Source: a virus. Taken from it: a stretch of DNA of 64,000 nt. The translations under genes were made by a program, and so were the position numbers. Of the stretch, positions 46,514 through 56,479 are shown one piece after another (positions within the stretch are counted from its first letter, which is position 1; the number at the start of each line of letters is the position of its first letter). The notes below the pieces were generated by a model that saw nothing but the letters and a program-made list of their open reading frames with translations, searched no databases and had not been told where the DNA came from. Location of the stretch: the IMG/VR virus record IMGVR_UViG_3300021197_001995, positions 64,001-128,000 of that record. The stretch is one strand, 5' to 3'.

Positions 46514-49500
46514 GAAAGAAAGCTCAATACCATTTGTAGGGCTACACGCACATTCGGTCGCAGGATCGCCATTCGACGCACTTGGATATCCACAAGAGCA
46601 TATGGACTTTGCTTATGAAAACGGCATGGATGCATTGGCATTGACTGATCATGGCAACGCCAACGGCCTAGCTTATCAGGTTTTGCATGCAAAAAAGATG
46701 CAGAAAGAAGGAAAAGAGTTCAAGCCGATCTTCGGCTGTGAAGCATATTTCATCCCCTCCGTCGCAAAGTGGAAGGAAGAATACGAAACTATCAGAAGCG
46801 CCGCAAAGAAAAAGTCCGAGTACGAGGCTGACAATTCTGGCACTACGGTCGAGGATGAAGCATCATCAAAGAAGAAGATCAAGTCGAGCCTCAACAGAAG
46901 AAGGCACTTGATACTTCTAGCCATGAACCAGACCGGTCTGCAAAACATTTTCAAAATGATTTCACAGTCCTACGCTGGTGACAACTTCTATCGATATCCC
47001 CGCGTAGATTATGCTATGCTCAAGAAACATGGCGAAGGTGTCATTGCGGCATCTGCTTGCCTTGGGGGTGTCTATGCTGGAAACTACTGGGAAAACCGAG
47101 ACACTGGGCCTGATGCAATCTTGTCCTCCATGCGAAAGACAACTCAAAAGATGCAGTCCATCTTTGGCGACCGCTGGTACGGAGAGCTTCAATGGAATAA
47201 TGTTCCAGAGCAGCACGACTTGAATCAATATATTATTCAGATGCACCAAGAATTCGGCATCGAGCTTATCTCAACGGCCGACTCCCATTATTACAACGCA
47301 GACGTGTGGAAAGACCGAGAGCTATACAAGCGCCTCGGCTGGCTCGGAAAAGGAAGGCCCGACTATCTGTCAGAAGAGCTGCCCCTATCCGTCGAAGAGG
47401 TAGGGTATGAACTTTACCCGAAGAACGGAGATCAAATGTGGGAATCTTACGTGAAGTATTCCAAGGAGTGTGGAGTCGAATATGATGATAAAATCATAAA
47501 AGACTCTATCACTAGGACACATCAAATAGCTCACGATAGAATCGAGAAATTCCTACCAGATAACAAGGTTAGGCTCCCCGACTTCGTCGTACCAGAGGGT
47601 TCTACTGCTGGCCAAACTCTCGCAGCTTTGTGTGTCGAAGGCCTCCGATCTCTAGGATTACAAAGCAATCAGGATTATGTAGATAGGTTGAAACACGAAG
47701 TTGGCGTTATCGAGGAGCGAGGCTTCTCCAAGTACTTCCTGACGATGAAGTCTATTGCTGACGTAGCTGTGGACAGGCAACTAGTTGGTGCAGGGCGCGG
47801 CTCTGCAGCAGGATCTTTAGTGGCATATGTTCTGAACATTACCCAGGTTGACCCCATCAAGTATGGACTCCAATTCGAGAGGTTTTTGACCAAGGGCGGC
47901 GCGGGATATCCAGACATCGATTATGACGTATCTGACCCGATGGTACTTAAAGAGGTCTTGATTGATCAATGGGGTGACAACTCTGTCGTGCCGATTACAA
48001 ACTGGAACACGCTTCAGTTGCGGTCACTCATCAAGGACATCTCGAAATTCTACGGAATCGAGTTCACGGAGGCGAACAACGTCACTAGTAAAATGGTTTA
48101 TGAGGCGACTCCTCGGGCTAAAGCAAAACACGGAATCACTTCCGGAGTATACGCCCCTACGTTTGAAGAGCTAGTGGAGTACTCCGAGTCTCTTCAAGCG
48201 TTTCTAGAGAAATACCCACACATCAGAACTCACATTGAGAAACTGTATGGCCAGACACGCTCAGCCTCTCGCCATGCTGGTGGTGTTGTTGTAGGTGAGA
48301 ACCTAGATCAGTGGATGCCGCTTATCAACTCAGGAGGAGTTCGACAAACACCTTGGTCCGAGGGTATGAACGTAAGACACCTTGAGCCCATGGGTTTCAT
48401 CAAGTTTGACATTCTTGGCCTCGCTTCACTTCGTATGCTGGAGGGTGCTATCGAGCGTATCCTCAAACGGCATCACGGAATGGAGAACCCTACATTCGCA
48501 GACGTCAAAGACTTCTACAACAAGAATCTACATCCAGAGAAGATTGACCTGGATGACAGAGAGGTTTGGGAGAACGTCTTCCACAAAGGTAAGTGGGCAG
48601 GCATCTTCCAGTTCACAGAGGCAGGTGCTCAATCGTTCTGTAAGAACGCTAAGCCAGATAACATCATTGACTTGTCGGCCATCACATCTATCTATCGACC
48701 AGGCCCACTAGGTGCGGGAGTAGATAGAAAATACATTGGAGCGAAGTCGAACCCCGAGGATGTGGAGTATGTCAACAAGCATGTGAGAGAAGTGACGGAA
48801 GAGACATACGGCTTCCTTATTTTTCAGGAACAGATTGCAATGCTGGCTCACAAACTAGGCAAGGACCTGTCCCTGGATGAAGGTAATAAGCTTAGAAAAC
48901 TACTTACTAAGAAGGGTACTGGTGAAGTCCAGGCTCAGAAAGACAAAATCTTTGACAAGTTCAAGCGCGGATGCTTAGAGAAAGGAATGAAAGATTATGA
49001 AGCTAGAGAACTATGGGAAACATTTGAATACTTTTCCGGCTACGGCTTTAATAAGTCTCACGCTGTATCCTACTGTGTGCTCTCTTATCAGTGTGCTTAT
49101 CTTCTTAACTACTATCCATCAGAATGGCTAGCCGCCTTCTTGGATAAAGAGCCGGAGACAAGAAAAGAAAGAGCAATCGCAACAGCAAAGTCGCTGGGAT
49201 ATAACGTGGAACAACTCAATGTGAACACGTCAGGAGTCGGCTGGGAAATCAGCGATGATGGCAAGACTCTGATTCAGCCCCTGTCCTCTATCAAGGGTCT
49301 GGGCATCAAGGCTATTGAACAAATCATTGAGAACAGGCCGTTCAATACTATTGAGGAGTTCTTGTTCCATGAGAAGATTACTTATTCTAAACTAAACAAG
49401 AAGTCTATCTCGGCTCTGTGTCTTTCCCAGGCGCTAAATACCTTGATGGATGACAGGTTTTCAGGTATGAAGCACTTTTTCAACGCAGTTGCCGAAGACC

Positions 49501-49937
49501 GCCCACGAAAAGAGAAGAAACTTTTAGAAAACATAGAACTATATGAGCCAGAAGGTGACTTCTCGGAGGAGGAGAAGCTAGAATACTTGGTAAATCTTAC
49601 GGGTGTGTTTCCAATCAACGCAGTGGTGACACCCAGGGTTAGACAAAAACTAGACGAACTTTATGTGCCCCCTATCTCAGAATATGATCCCGAACTTGGT
49701 GTGACTTGGTTTATCCCTCGGGAGTGCAAGCTCAAGAAATCAAAGAACGGAAAGAACTTCTATGTTGTGAAGGTAATCGACGACAACAACGAGATGACTG
49801 TGATTCGGTGTTGGGGTGTCGACCCAGAGAGAGACATTGTGCACATCAACAGGCCATACATGGCAAGACTAAATTACAATCAGCAGTGGGGATTCTCCAC
49901 TTTCAGTATGAGAAAAATGTTCAAGTTATTAGCATGA
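46503..49937 (+). CDS. dnaE: DNA polymerase III alpha subunit (family C)
   Basis: PHP domain LHAHS/TDHG/ADSHY, GRGSAAGS, PDIDYD, KFDILGL, GYGFNKSH. Confidence 0.97.
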   Translation: MNSRKESSIPFVGLHAHSVAGSPFDALGYPQEHMDFAYENGMDALALTDHGNANGLAYQVLHAKKMQKEGKEFKPIFGCEAYFIPSVAKWKEEYETIRSAAKKKSEYEADNSGTTVEDEASSKKKIKSSLNRRRHLILLAMNQTGLQNIFKMISQSYAGDNFYRYPRVDYAMLKKHGEGVIAASACLGGVYAGNYWENRDTGPDAILSSMRKTTQKMQSIFGDRWYGELQWNNVPEQHDLNQYIIQMHQEFGIELISTADSHYYNADVWKDRELYKRLGWLGKGRPDYLSEELPLSVEEVGYELYPKNGDQMWESYVKYSKECGVEYDDKIIKDSITRTHQIAHDRIEKFLPDNKVRLPDFVVPEGSTAGQTLAALCVEGLRSLGLQSNQDYVDRLKHEVGVIEERGFSKYFLTMKSIADVAVDRQLVGAGRGSAAGSLVAYVLNITQVDPIKYGLQFERFLTKGGAGYPDIDYDVSDPMVLKEVLIDQWGDNSVVPITNWNTLQLRSLIKDISKFYGIEFTEANNVTSKMVYEATPRAKAKHGITSGVYAPTFEELVEYSESLQAFLEKYPHIRTHIEKLYGQTRSASRHAGGVVVGENLDQWMPLINSGGVRQTPWSEGMNVRHLEPMGFIKFDILGLASLRMLEGAIERILKRHHGMENPTFADVKDFYNKNLHPEKIDLDDREVWENVFHKGKWAGIFQFTEAGAQSFCKNAKPDNIIDLSAITSIYRPGPLGAGVDRKYIGAKSNPEDVEYVNKHVREVTEETYGFLIFQEQIAMLAHKLGKDLSLDEGNKLRKLLTKKGTGEVQAQKDKIFDKFKRGCLEKGMKDYEARELWETFEYFSGYGFNKSHAVSYCVLSYQCAYLLNYYPSEWLAAFLDKEPETRKERAIATAKSLGYNVEQLNVNTSGVGWEISDDGKTLIQPLSSIKGLGIKAIEQIIENRPFNTIEEFLFHEKITYSKLNKKSISALCLSQALNTLMDDRFSGMKHFFNAVAEDRPRKEKKLLENIELYEPEGDFSEEEKLEYLVNLTGVFPINAVVTPRVRQKLDELYVPPISEYDPELGVTWFIPRECKLKKSKNGKNFYVVKVIDDNNEMTVIRCWGVDPERDIVHINRPYMARLNYNQQWGFSTFSMRKMFKLLA

Positions 49938-49947
49938 GGAGGAATAG

Positions 49948-50127
49948 GTGAACAATTACACAATTAAGATACACAATGAAAAAGAAGACCTGTGGAAGGA
50001 GAGAGTGGTAGAAAAACTCACATTTCCAGAGGCAGCCATGGAAGCTTACAATACGCGGAGCAAGTTAGGCTATGCGTGGAAAGTAGTCAGTATTTGTAAA
50101 AACGAAAAGGAGAAGGAAAATGTCTAG
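49948..50127 (+). CDS. 59 aa hypothetical protein (not in ORF track)
   Basis: GAGGAGG SD, GTG start, fills the gap after dnaE. Confidence 0.65.
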   Translation: MNNYTIKIHNEKEDLWKERVVEKLTFPEAAMEAYNTRSKLGYAWKVVSICKNEKEKENV

Positions 50128-50767
50128 ACTAGCAGGTTTATGTGCCAGGATGACCGTTGACCATTACAGGGAGACCTTAATAAACAAGGGGTACAAATTT
50201 TTTGAGAAGGGGGATTATAACCTCAACATTATCGGAGTTAGGAACGATTCCGGAAGCGCTAGCAAGTTCGACGACTTGATTAACGTCTTTTATAAAATTG
50301 ATGGAGAATGGGTAGTAGACACTTATCCTGCCACCACAGAACCAGGAACAAGAATCTTAAACAGACCGATCAATGATAAGGGTACTGCCATTTTGGTACC
50401 GGATCAATATCGCTCAACTTACAAAATCGACATCCACGGAGGAAAGAGAAAATATACTGCATTATGCCAGCGCGCCGGAAAAGTCAAAGTCTGGCGCGAT
50501 GACAACCGCGATTCGACACCGGATTACGTTGGACCCGAAGATGAAGGCATGTACGGGATCAACATTCACAGACAGTTTGGCTCTGACGAGAGAGAATATA
50601 CAGGAGGAGTCTCCGCAGGTTGTCAGGTCTTTCAAAGTTCTGTAGACTTCTATGAATTCATGCATACTTGCAACATCTCCGCGGACAAGTGGAGCAACAA
50701 ATTTACTTACACTCTGATTGAAGAGAAAGACTTAAAAACTAAGGGGGTTAATTATGACATCGTTTGA
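50120..50767 (+). CDS. L,D-transpeptidase-like (YkuD-type) peptidoglycan enzyme, candidate endolysin
   Basis: GINIH...SAGCQVF His/Cys motif; no signal peptide. Confidence 0.6.
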   Translation: MSRLAGLCARMTVDHYRETLINKGYKFFEKGDYNLNIIGVRNDSGSASKFDDLINVFYKIDGEWVVDTYPATTEPGTRILNRPINDKGTAILVPDQYRSTYKIDIHGGKRKYTALCQRAGKVKVWRDDNRDSTPDYVGPEDEGMYGINIHRQFGSDEREYTGGVSAGCQVFQSSVDFYEFMHTCNISADKWSNKFTYTLIEEKDLKTKGVNYDIV

Positions 50768-51215
50768 AAGTGTAAAAGTTTATCGTACCAGGCCAATCGC
50801 TAAGCTGCCACAAAGGGCCCATGGTACTGACGCAGGAATGGATTTCTTCTTCGCGCCGACCGAGGGAGCAGCCACCAGGATCAAGCCGGGCCAGAGTGTA
50901 CTTTTGGAAACCGGAATCAAAATGCAGGTGCCTCCAGGGTGCATGCTTCAGATTATGAATAAATCAGGCATCGCAAGCAAGAAACACTTGATTACTGGTG
51001 CTTGTGTGGTTGACGAAGGTTACGACGGCGAAATTTTTGTTAATCTTCACAACGTAGGTAACGACGTCGAGTACATCGAACTTGGCCAAAAAATAGCCCA
51101 GGGAGTTTTCGTGAGAATTGAAAAACCAACTCTTACTCTCATAGAAGAGGACAGCATCTACGATGGTTCTACTGACCGCGGCGATGGAGCACTCGGATCA
51201 ACAGGAGACACATAA
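50754..51215 (+). CDS. dut: dUTPase
   Basis: AGMD, KSG, VVDEGYDGE, IAQ, RGDGALGSTG. Confidence 0.95.
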   Translation: MTSFESVKVYRTRPIAKLPQRAHGTDAGMDFFFAPTEGAATRIKPGQSVLLETGIKMQVPPGCMLQIMNKSGIASKKHLITGACVVDEGYDGEIFVNLHNVGNDVEYIELGQKIAQGVFVRIEKPTLTLIEEDSIYDGSTDRGDGALGSTGDT

Positions 51216-51463
51216 TGGGATTTGGAAGAAAGATTAAGAGAAAACAGATGTTAGTCGCAAGGAAACAATTTATGAAAAGCTTCAAGTCCAGTATGAGCAA
51301 TTTCAAGAAGCAGATCAAGTGCACGGCCTGCGACCGCCCACCAGAACCGGAAGAGAAGATAGATAATTGGCACATAAATAAAGAGTCAGAAAACATTGAC
51401 TTAATATGTACGACCTGTTATAATGAAGGTGAATCAAAAAAGGAAAGTGATAATGAAAATTAG
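51215..51463 (+). CDS. Small Zn-finger protein
   Basis: CTAC...CTTC. Confidence 0.7.
   Translation: MGFGRKIKRKQMLVARKQFMKSFKSSMSNFKKQIKCTACDRPPEPEEKIDNWHINKESENIDLICTTCYNEGESKKESDNEN
51396..51424 (+). promoter_or_regulatory. Sigma70 promoter inside a CDS
   Basis: TTGACT-17-TATAAT with extended TG. Confidence 0.8.
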
Positions 51464-52481
51464 AGAATCAGTATGTTTCGACGACGTGCTTCTTGAGCCG
51501 CAAAAGAGTGCAATCAACAGCAGGGATGCTATAGATATAAGCACGTCGATAGGCCACCACCGCTTCAGGCTCCCAATAATTTCGTCACCAATGGACACCA
51601 TCACCGAGTCAACGATGGCCCTTTCGATGGCCGCCTCTGGAGGCCTGGGTATCATACATAGATATAACACAATAAAAGACCAAGCAAACATTATTTCAGA
51701 AATGTCTTCTATCCATGAAAACATGGCCTCATCACACATTTCTTCCATTTCCGCCGCTGTCGGCGCCTCTTCTAATTTTATGGAGCGCGCTGCAACATTG
51801 TACGCCGCCGGAGCCAGAATCTTGTGCATCGACGTTGCTCACGGCCATCATTCTCTCGTCGAACGAGCGCTGAAAACCTTGCGGGATTCTTATGGTGATA
51901 ATGTCACTTTGATTGCAGGAAACGTCGCGACTGCAGAGGGGTTTAACGACCTTTCTTTGTGGGGCGCCGACGCAATTAGGGTTGGAATCGGAGGTGGCTC
52001 AATCTGCTCCACTAGGATACAAACAGGCCACGGCGTGCCAACTCTCCAATCGGTGCTAGACTGCAGAACAGTAGACTCAGACGCAAAGATCATCGCCGAC
52101 GGCGGAATCAAGAATGCTGGAGATATAGTCAAGGCCCTCGCCGCAGGTGCAGACTTTGCCATGCTTGGTTCAATGCTAGCGGGGACAAGGGAGACACCCG
52201 GACAACTCATAAACAATCAATACAAAGTATACAGGGGCATGGCCAGCCCAGAAGCTCAGATAGCGTGGAAGGGGGAGGCACGTTCCTTAGAAGGTGTTTC
52301 TACTACGGTACCACTTAAGGGAGACGTCGAAGACGTTTTAGGTAAGATCTCCAAGAACGTAAGGTCCGGCTTGTCATACACTGGAGCCTTAAACCTTTCA
52401 GAGTTCAGGGCCAAAGCCAGGTTTATCAAACAGTCTCCGTCAGCCCTTGTGGAAAGCAGGACTCACATTTTATCCAGATGA
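51453..52481 (+). CDS. IMP dehydrogenase/GMP reductase family protein (no CBS domains)
   Basis: FDDVLL, SPMDT, DVAHGH, GIGGGSICSTR, ADGGI, YRGMAS. Confidence 0.92.
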   Translation: MKIRESVCFDDVLLEPQKSAINSRDAIDISTSIGHHRFRLPIISSPMDTITESTMALSMAASGGLGIIHRYNTIKDQANIISEMSSIHENMASSHISSISAAVGASSNFMERAATLYAAGARILCIDVAHGHHSLVERALKTLRDSYGDNVTLIAGNVATAEGFNDLSLWGADAIRVGIGGGSICSTRIQTGHGVPTLQSVLDCRTVDSDAKIIADGGIKNAGDIVKALAAGADFAMLGSMLAGTRETPGQLINNQYKVYRGMASPEAQIAWKGEARSLEGVSTTVPLKGDVEDVLGKISKNVRSGLSYTGALNLSEFRAKARFIKQSPSALVESRTHILSR

Positions 52482-52807
52482 TAGAAGATTTCAAACCGGT
52501 AACTTTTACTTTCAAGTGTCACGAGAAGGAGTCCGCGGACTTAAAAGTAAGACTAAAATATGACAAGCTTCAGCAGACTGAATTTTTTGTGTCCATTCTA
52601 AAGATGTACATAGACAATGACCCTTTGCTTCTGAGCGTAGTAGAGAGGATAAAAGGAGAGAAGAGCAAGATGGGAAAGAAAAAACTAAAGAACACTAAAA
52701 GAGACTTAGACTTAGGAAGGGAAATTATGAAGAATTTAGGAATTACAGAATCAGACAAACAAAATGTTTTTGACTTGATCGAATCTGACTGGCCGGAACA
52801 TGAATAA
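52478..52807 (+). CDS. Hypothetical protein, possible ribbon-helix-helix DNA binder
   Basis: Strand-helix-helix-like N-terminus. Confidence 0.55.
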   Translation: MIEDFKPVTFTFKCHEKESADLKVRLKYDKLQQTEFFVSILKMYIDNDPLLLSVVERIKGEKSKMGKKKLKNTKRDLDLGREIMKNLGITESDKQNVFDLIESDWPEHE

Positions 52808-53045
52808 ATATGTACTGCCACAATGTGCCAAAAACTGCTTGAAAGCTGAAAAATCCTGCGATAAATCTGATTGCCGGATGTGGGTAAATTACGGAGAGGA
52901 CGTCAATTGTTCCCTGGTTTCAATCTACACTAATGGCGCGATGACTCTCGAAGAGGTAGCCAAGAGAATGGAGTTATCTTTCGTCAGGATCTCGCAGATA
53001 GAAAAGCAGGCAATAAATAAACTTTCAAAAAGGATAAAAATCTGA
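52800..53045 (+). CDS. Cys-rich protein with stand-alone sigma70 region 4 HTH
   Basis: MTLEEVAKRMELSFVRISQIEKQAINKL; five Cys in the N-terminal half. Confidence 0.8.
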   Translation: MNKYVLPQCAKNCLKAEKSCDKSDCRMWVNYGEDVNCSLVSIYTNGAMTLEEVAKRMELSFVRISQIEKQAINKLSKRIKI

Positions 53046-53124
53046 CGTTTATACTGCACCTAAACTATTTATAGTTGTATTATACCAATGGTCACCACTT
53101 TGAACAACAAGGAGATTATATAAA

Positions 53125-53673
53125 ATGAGTGATAAAAAACTGCTAAAAGAAAACACGATTCGCCGCTTCATGAAGCTTGCAAACGTGGAAGCCTTAACGG
53201 ATAATTTCATCCAAACAAACGAGACCGTCGCGCCAGGCGTGGTTCTAAAAGAAGAGGCACCGATGGAAGATGAAATCGGCATGGAAGAAGAACCAGCTGA
53301 GGAAGAGATGGAAATGGAGATGGATGATGACATGGGCGACGAGATGGGCGGCGACATGGACGAGCCTGCTGCAGCCGACATCAGCCTGACAGAAGAAGAA
53401 GCACAACTTCTCATCGATCTTGGAGAGAGACTACAATCTGCTATGAGCGAAGGCTCAGAGGAAGAAGGTCTGGAAGACGACGACGAGGACTTTGATCTCG
53501 AAGACGACGACATGGGATCTGACCTTGATGCAGAGGACGAAGGCCCAGCTGAAGAGGAGCCAGAAGCCCCAGGAATGCGATCCGACGTTTATGAGAACAA
53601 AGAAGCGATTATAGAGGAGGTTCTTAAGAGAGTCACCAAAAGAATCGTATCTAAAAAGATGAATCGCAACTAG
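53125..53673 (+). CDS. Highly acidic putative internal head/core protein
   Basis: ACTATTTA box at 53064; LLKENTIRRFMKLA leader; E/D/M-rich. Confidence 0.7.
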   Translation: MSDKKLLKENTIRRFMKLANVEALTDNFIQTNETVAPGVVLKEEAPMEDEIGMEEEPAEEEMEMEMDDDMGDEMGGDMDEPAAADISLTEEEAQLLIDLGERLQSAMSEGSEEEGLEDDDEDFDLEDDDMGSDLDAEDEGPAEEEPEAPGMRSDVYENKEAIIEEVLKRVTKRIVSKKMNRN

Positions 53674-53707
53674 AAAGTAAGAAGTGAAAGCTCGTTGGTA
53701 ACATATA

Positions 53708-53740
53708 AAGCCCCGCCCTAAAAAGTGGGGTTTTTTATTT
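53708..53740 (+). terminator. Rho-independent terminator
   Basis: AAAGCCCCGC...GTGGGGTTTTTT. Confidence 0.75.
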
Positions 53741-53833
53741 ATCAACTAAAAGAATTAAAATCTGAAAAAAGAGTGGAAAAGACAACAAACTTCTGATAGT
53801 ATAAATAAACATCAAAAAAGAGAGACCACAACA

Positions 53834-54526
53834 ATGATCGAAAGAGTAACATCTCAACCTGAGAAGAAGAAAAAACCTGGAAAGAAGGATAAAGCCAAAG
53901 AGAAAGACGATAATCAAATAGTTATAGTCAACAACATACAACTGCCTCAACACAGTGACCAAGAACTCAGGACTATAAATCTCTACGGTGACATCACTGA
54001 ACAAAAAGGCGCCGACGTGGTGGCCGCTCTATTATATTTAGAAAGTAACTCGCACACAGTAATGCAACAAGACCCCACGGATCCAGAAAGTAAAGACGTT
54101 ATCGTTGCGAGATCTATCTCCATGATAATCTCCACCCATGGCGGCATAGCCTCCGACATGTTTTCCATCTTGGACATTATGGACTTGATAAAACAGCGCA
54201 CATGTGACGTCGAGACCTTCGGCCTAGGCAAGGTAATGTCGGCCGGCGTGCCTATACTTGCTGCCGGCACACCCGGGAGACGTAAAGTCGGCCGAAATTG
54301 CCGCATAATGCTTCACAATGTGATGGCAGGAACAGGAGGGACGATCTTTTCCATGGAAAATGAACTTGACGAGATAAGATGGGTCCAAGACCGATACATC
54401 GAGACTCTTGCGAGCTACACAAAACTTACGCCATCTAAAATAAAAAAGCTTCTAAAGACCCAAAAAGACGTGTACATCTCGGCAGAAGAGGCTATAAAGA
54501 TGGGAATTGCAGATGAGATCATCTAA
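53834..54526 (+). CDS. clpP: ClpP-family protease
   Basis: ISTHGG, catalytic MSAG, IMLH, DVYISAEEAIKMGIADEI. Confidence 0.92.
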   Translation: MIERVTSQPEKKKKPGKKDKAKEKDDNQIVIVNNIQLPQHSDQELRTINLYGDITEQKGADVVAALLYLESNSHTVMQQDPTDPESKDVIVARSISMIISTHGGIASDMFSILDIMDLIKQRTCDVETFGLGKVMSAGVPILAAGTPGRRKVGRNCRIMLHNVMAGTGGTIFSMENELDEIRWVQDRYIETLASYTKLTPSKIKKLLKTQKDVYISAEEAIKMGIADEII

Positions 54527-54546
54527 TTATACAGAGGAGAAGTAAG

Positions 54547-56415
54547 ATGGCATGGCACGAAGAATTTTTATCAGAGAATAACAAGAAATCTACCATATCA
54601 ACCATGGGAGACCTTTTCAGTCTTATCGAAGAGGTCTTCGAGGTAGAGAAGGGTAGACTGTTTAAGTCGAACAAAGACCCAATCGCTCTGCTCAAAGAGC
54701 AATTCCTCAACGAACGAAAGTCTATGACTATGACCTTGGATGCTATTCCTGAAATAGCAGTCACAGAATTAGGCTGGACTGATGTCACAGGCGCCGGCGG
54801 CGACAATCCAGTTAACGGCCCTGAGCGAAAAAAGCTGTTGCAGTTCTTGGAGAACATTCCAGGCGGAGACTTTGTAGAAAAGATTAAGTCACTTTCCAAT
54901 TTCTATGACGATCCTGATGCTGCAATGCAAGAGATGTTTGGCGACGGGGGAAGCACTTCGACCGCACAACAGATAGCGGTAGCTTTATCTTATTTGGTCT
55001 TCTATAAGACGTTGACGAAGGTCATAGCGAATTTTAACGCTGCCTCTGCGGGCTTTAGTTTCGAAGCGTTCCTAGCTGTCTTGATGGAAGGCGAGCAAAT
55101 ACCAGCCAACACTGGGACTATTGCGGACTTTCTTTCTAGGAGTGACGGTACCGCCATGCCTGTAAGTCTGAAGTTGTATCAAGACGGAAACCTGCACGTT
55201 GGAGGTTCTTTCAGAGATCTCGTTGGAGATATAACGAACCCTAAATTTGATAACGATCTTATGCGTTATGTTGCCGTGACGAAAAGGTTCGAAGGCGGCC
55301 AGAAAGAAGGTCAGGACGTCAATGGTTTTTTGAAGTGGTATAGGTTTGACTTTACTTTAGATAACATTTTCGATATACTGTCCAGGTCCTCAAAACACTC
55401 CAGATTATGTATTCAGTTGCCAAGAGGTGGCCAAGCTTTCATAGACGATTTACCAGGCATCGCAGCGCCATCAGCAGAAGAGATGGAAAACAAATACGCC
55501 CTAGCTTTTCAAAAAGAAATGGACGTTATGAACGTGAAATTACCAGAAGAACTGCAAGTTGATGAGTTATTCACGCAACAATTTCTTAAAAATCTAAGTT
55601 GGGCCACGCAACTAAGTGATAAATTTTTTGCACAATTCGACCCTGATGCGAAGTTATCAGACGAACAAAAAGCTTCCCCCGATTACGAACCAAGAGCACC
55701 TTACGTAAAGAGGGGCACCTCTCCCATGTACGGCTCGGGAGCGCCTTTCCTCGCGCTAATAGACGTCGTACTAGGGACTCTAGCCCAAGTTAATGACACG
55801 CTACCTGAGCCTAGGTACAACCTGGAGGACAAGGCTATCACAAACCGTATGAACGGTCTTGCTATCAGTATAGCAAGACGTGCCAAAGCTGCCAACAACG
55901 GTGGTGGCGCCGCTGATAAGATTAGCATACTAAAGCAGTATTCTGCTACGAAAGAGACCTTGCGGCGCAATAAGCGTCTGAACTTAAAGAAGAACTGGTT
56001 CTCACCAGAGGAGTCGGCAAAACAATACAACGCTATGAGTAGAGAGCAGAAGCTGGCAGCCTTAGTGCAGACCCGAGGCTTTCTTTCAACAGAGCAGTTT
56101 GGTCTAACTCAGAACATGGTAGCAGAAATTGACACTTACAGCAACAGCCGCGTTCTTGGACCTAATCAAGATAAAGCATTCTTCGGAGTTATAAACGTTG
56201 GTAGGAAGAACACACAGAAAATGCTAAACAGAGTTACAGGAATCCTTAACGAGTCCTTGTTTGACATTTTTGTGAACGTAAAATCAATACAAGACAACAC
56301 CTATGCTTATATCGCCGGCGGCATGTCGGAAGACGCAAAAGCAGAAGAAGCAATTAAGGCTTCTGGAAATGTTATCTCAAAGACAGAAGAACTTCAATCA
56401 ACAAAAGATAAATAA
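54547..56415 (+). CDS. Large hypothetical protein with PD-(D/E)xK-like segment
   Basis: GFSFEAFL...IADF...VSLKLY; TCTAATTA box at 54522. Confidence 0.6.
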   Translation: MAWHEEFLSENNKKSTISTMGDLFSLIEEVFEVEKGRLFKSNKDPIALLKEQFLNERKSMTMTLDAIPEIAVTELGWTDVTGAGGDNPVNGPERKKLLQFLENIPGGDFVEKIKSLSNFYDDPDAAMQEMFGDGGSTSTAQQIAVALSYLVFYKTLTKVIANFNAASAGFSFEAFLAVLMEGEQIPANTGTIADFLSRSDGTAMPVSLKLYQDGNLHVGGSFRDLVGDITNPKFDNDLMRYVAVTKRFEGGQKEGQDVNGFLKWYRFDFTLDNIFDILSRSSKHSRLCIQLPRGGQAFIDDLPGIAAPSAEEMENKYALAFQKEMDVMNVKLPEELQVDELFTQQFLKNLSWATQLSDKFFAQFDPDAKLSDEQKASPDYEPRAPYVKRGTSPMYGSGAPFLALIDVVLGTLAQVNDTLPEPRYNLEDKAITNRMNGLAISIARRAKAANNGGGAADKISILKQYSATKETLRRNKRLNLKKNWFSPEESAKQYNAMSREQKLAALVQTRGFLSTEQFGLTQNMVAEIDTYSNSRVLGPNQDKAFFGVINVGRKNTQKMLNRVTGILNESLFDIFVNVKSIQDNTYAYIAGGMSEDAKAEEAIKASGNVISKTEELQSTKDK

Positions 56416-56420
56416 ACCCC

Positions 56421-56449
56421 TTGACATTTCAACCGAAATGCATTATAGT
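56421..56449 (+). promoter_or_regulatory. Sigma70 promoter
   Basis: TTGACA-17-TATAGT. Confidence 0.8.
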
Positions 56450-56479
56450 ATATACATACAAACATGAAAGCGAGTCAAA

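Noticed and set aside
39255-49937. Inteins or introns in NrdJ, ThyX and DnaE (also checked in terminase and helicase)
   Set aside because: Lengths are normal, motifs are contiguous and no splice-junction motifs were seen
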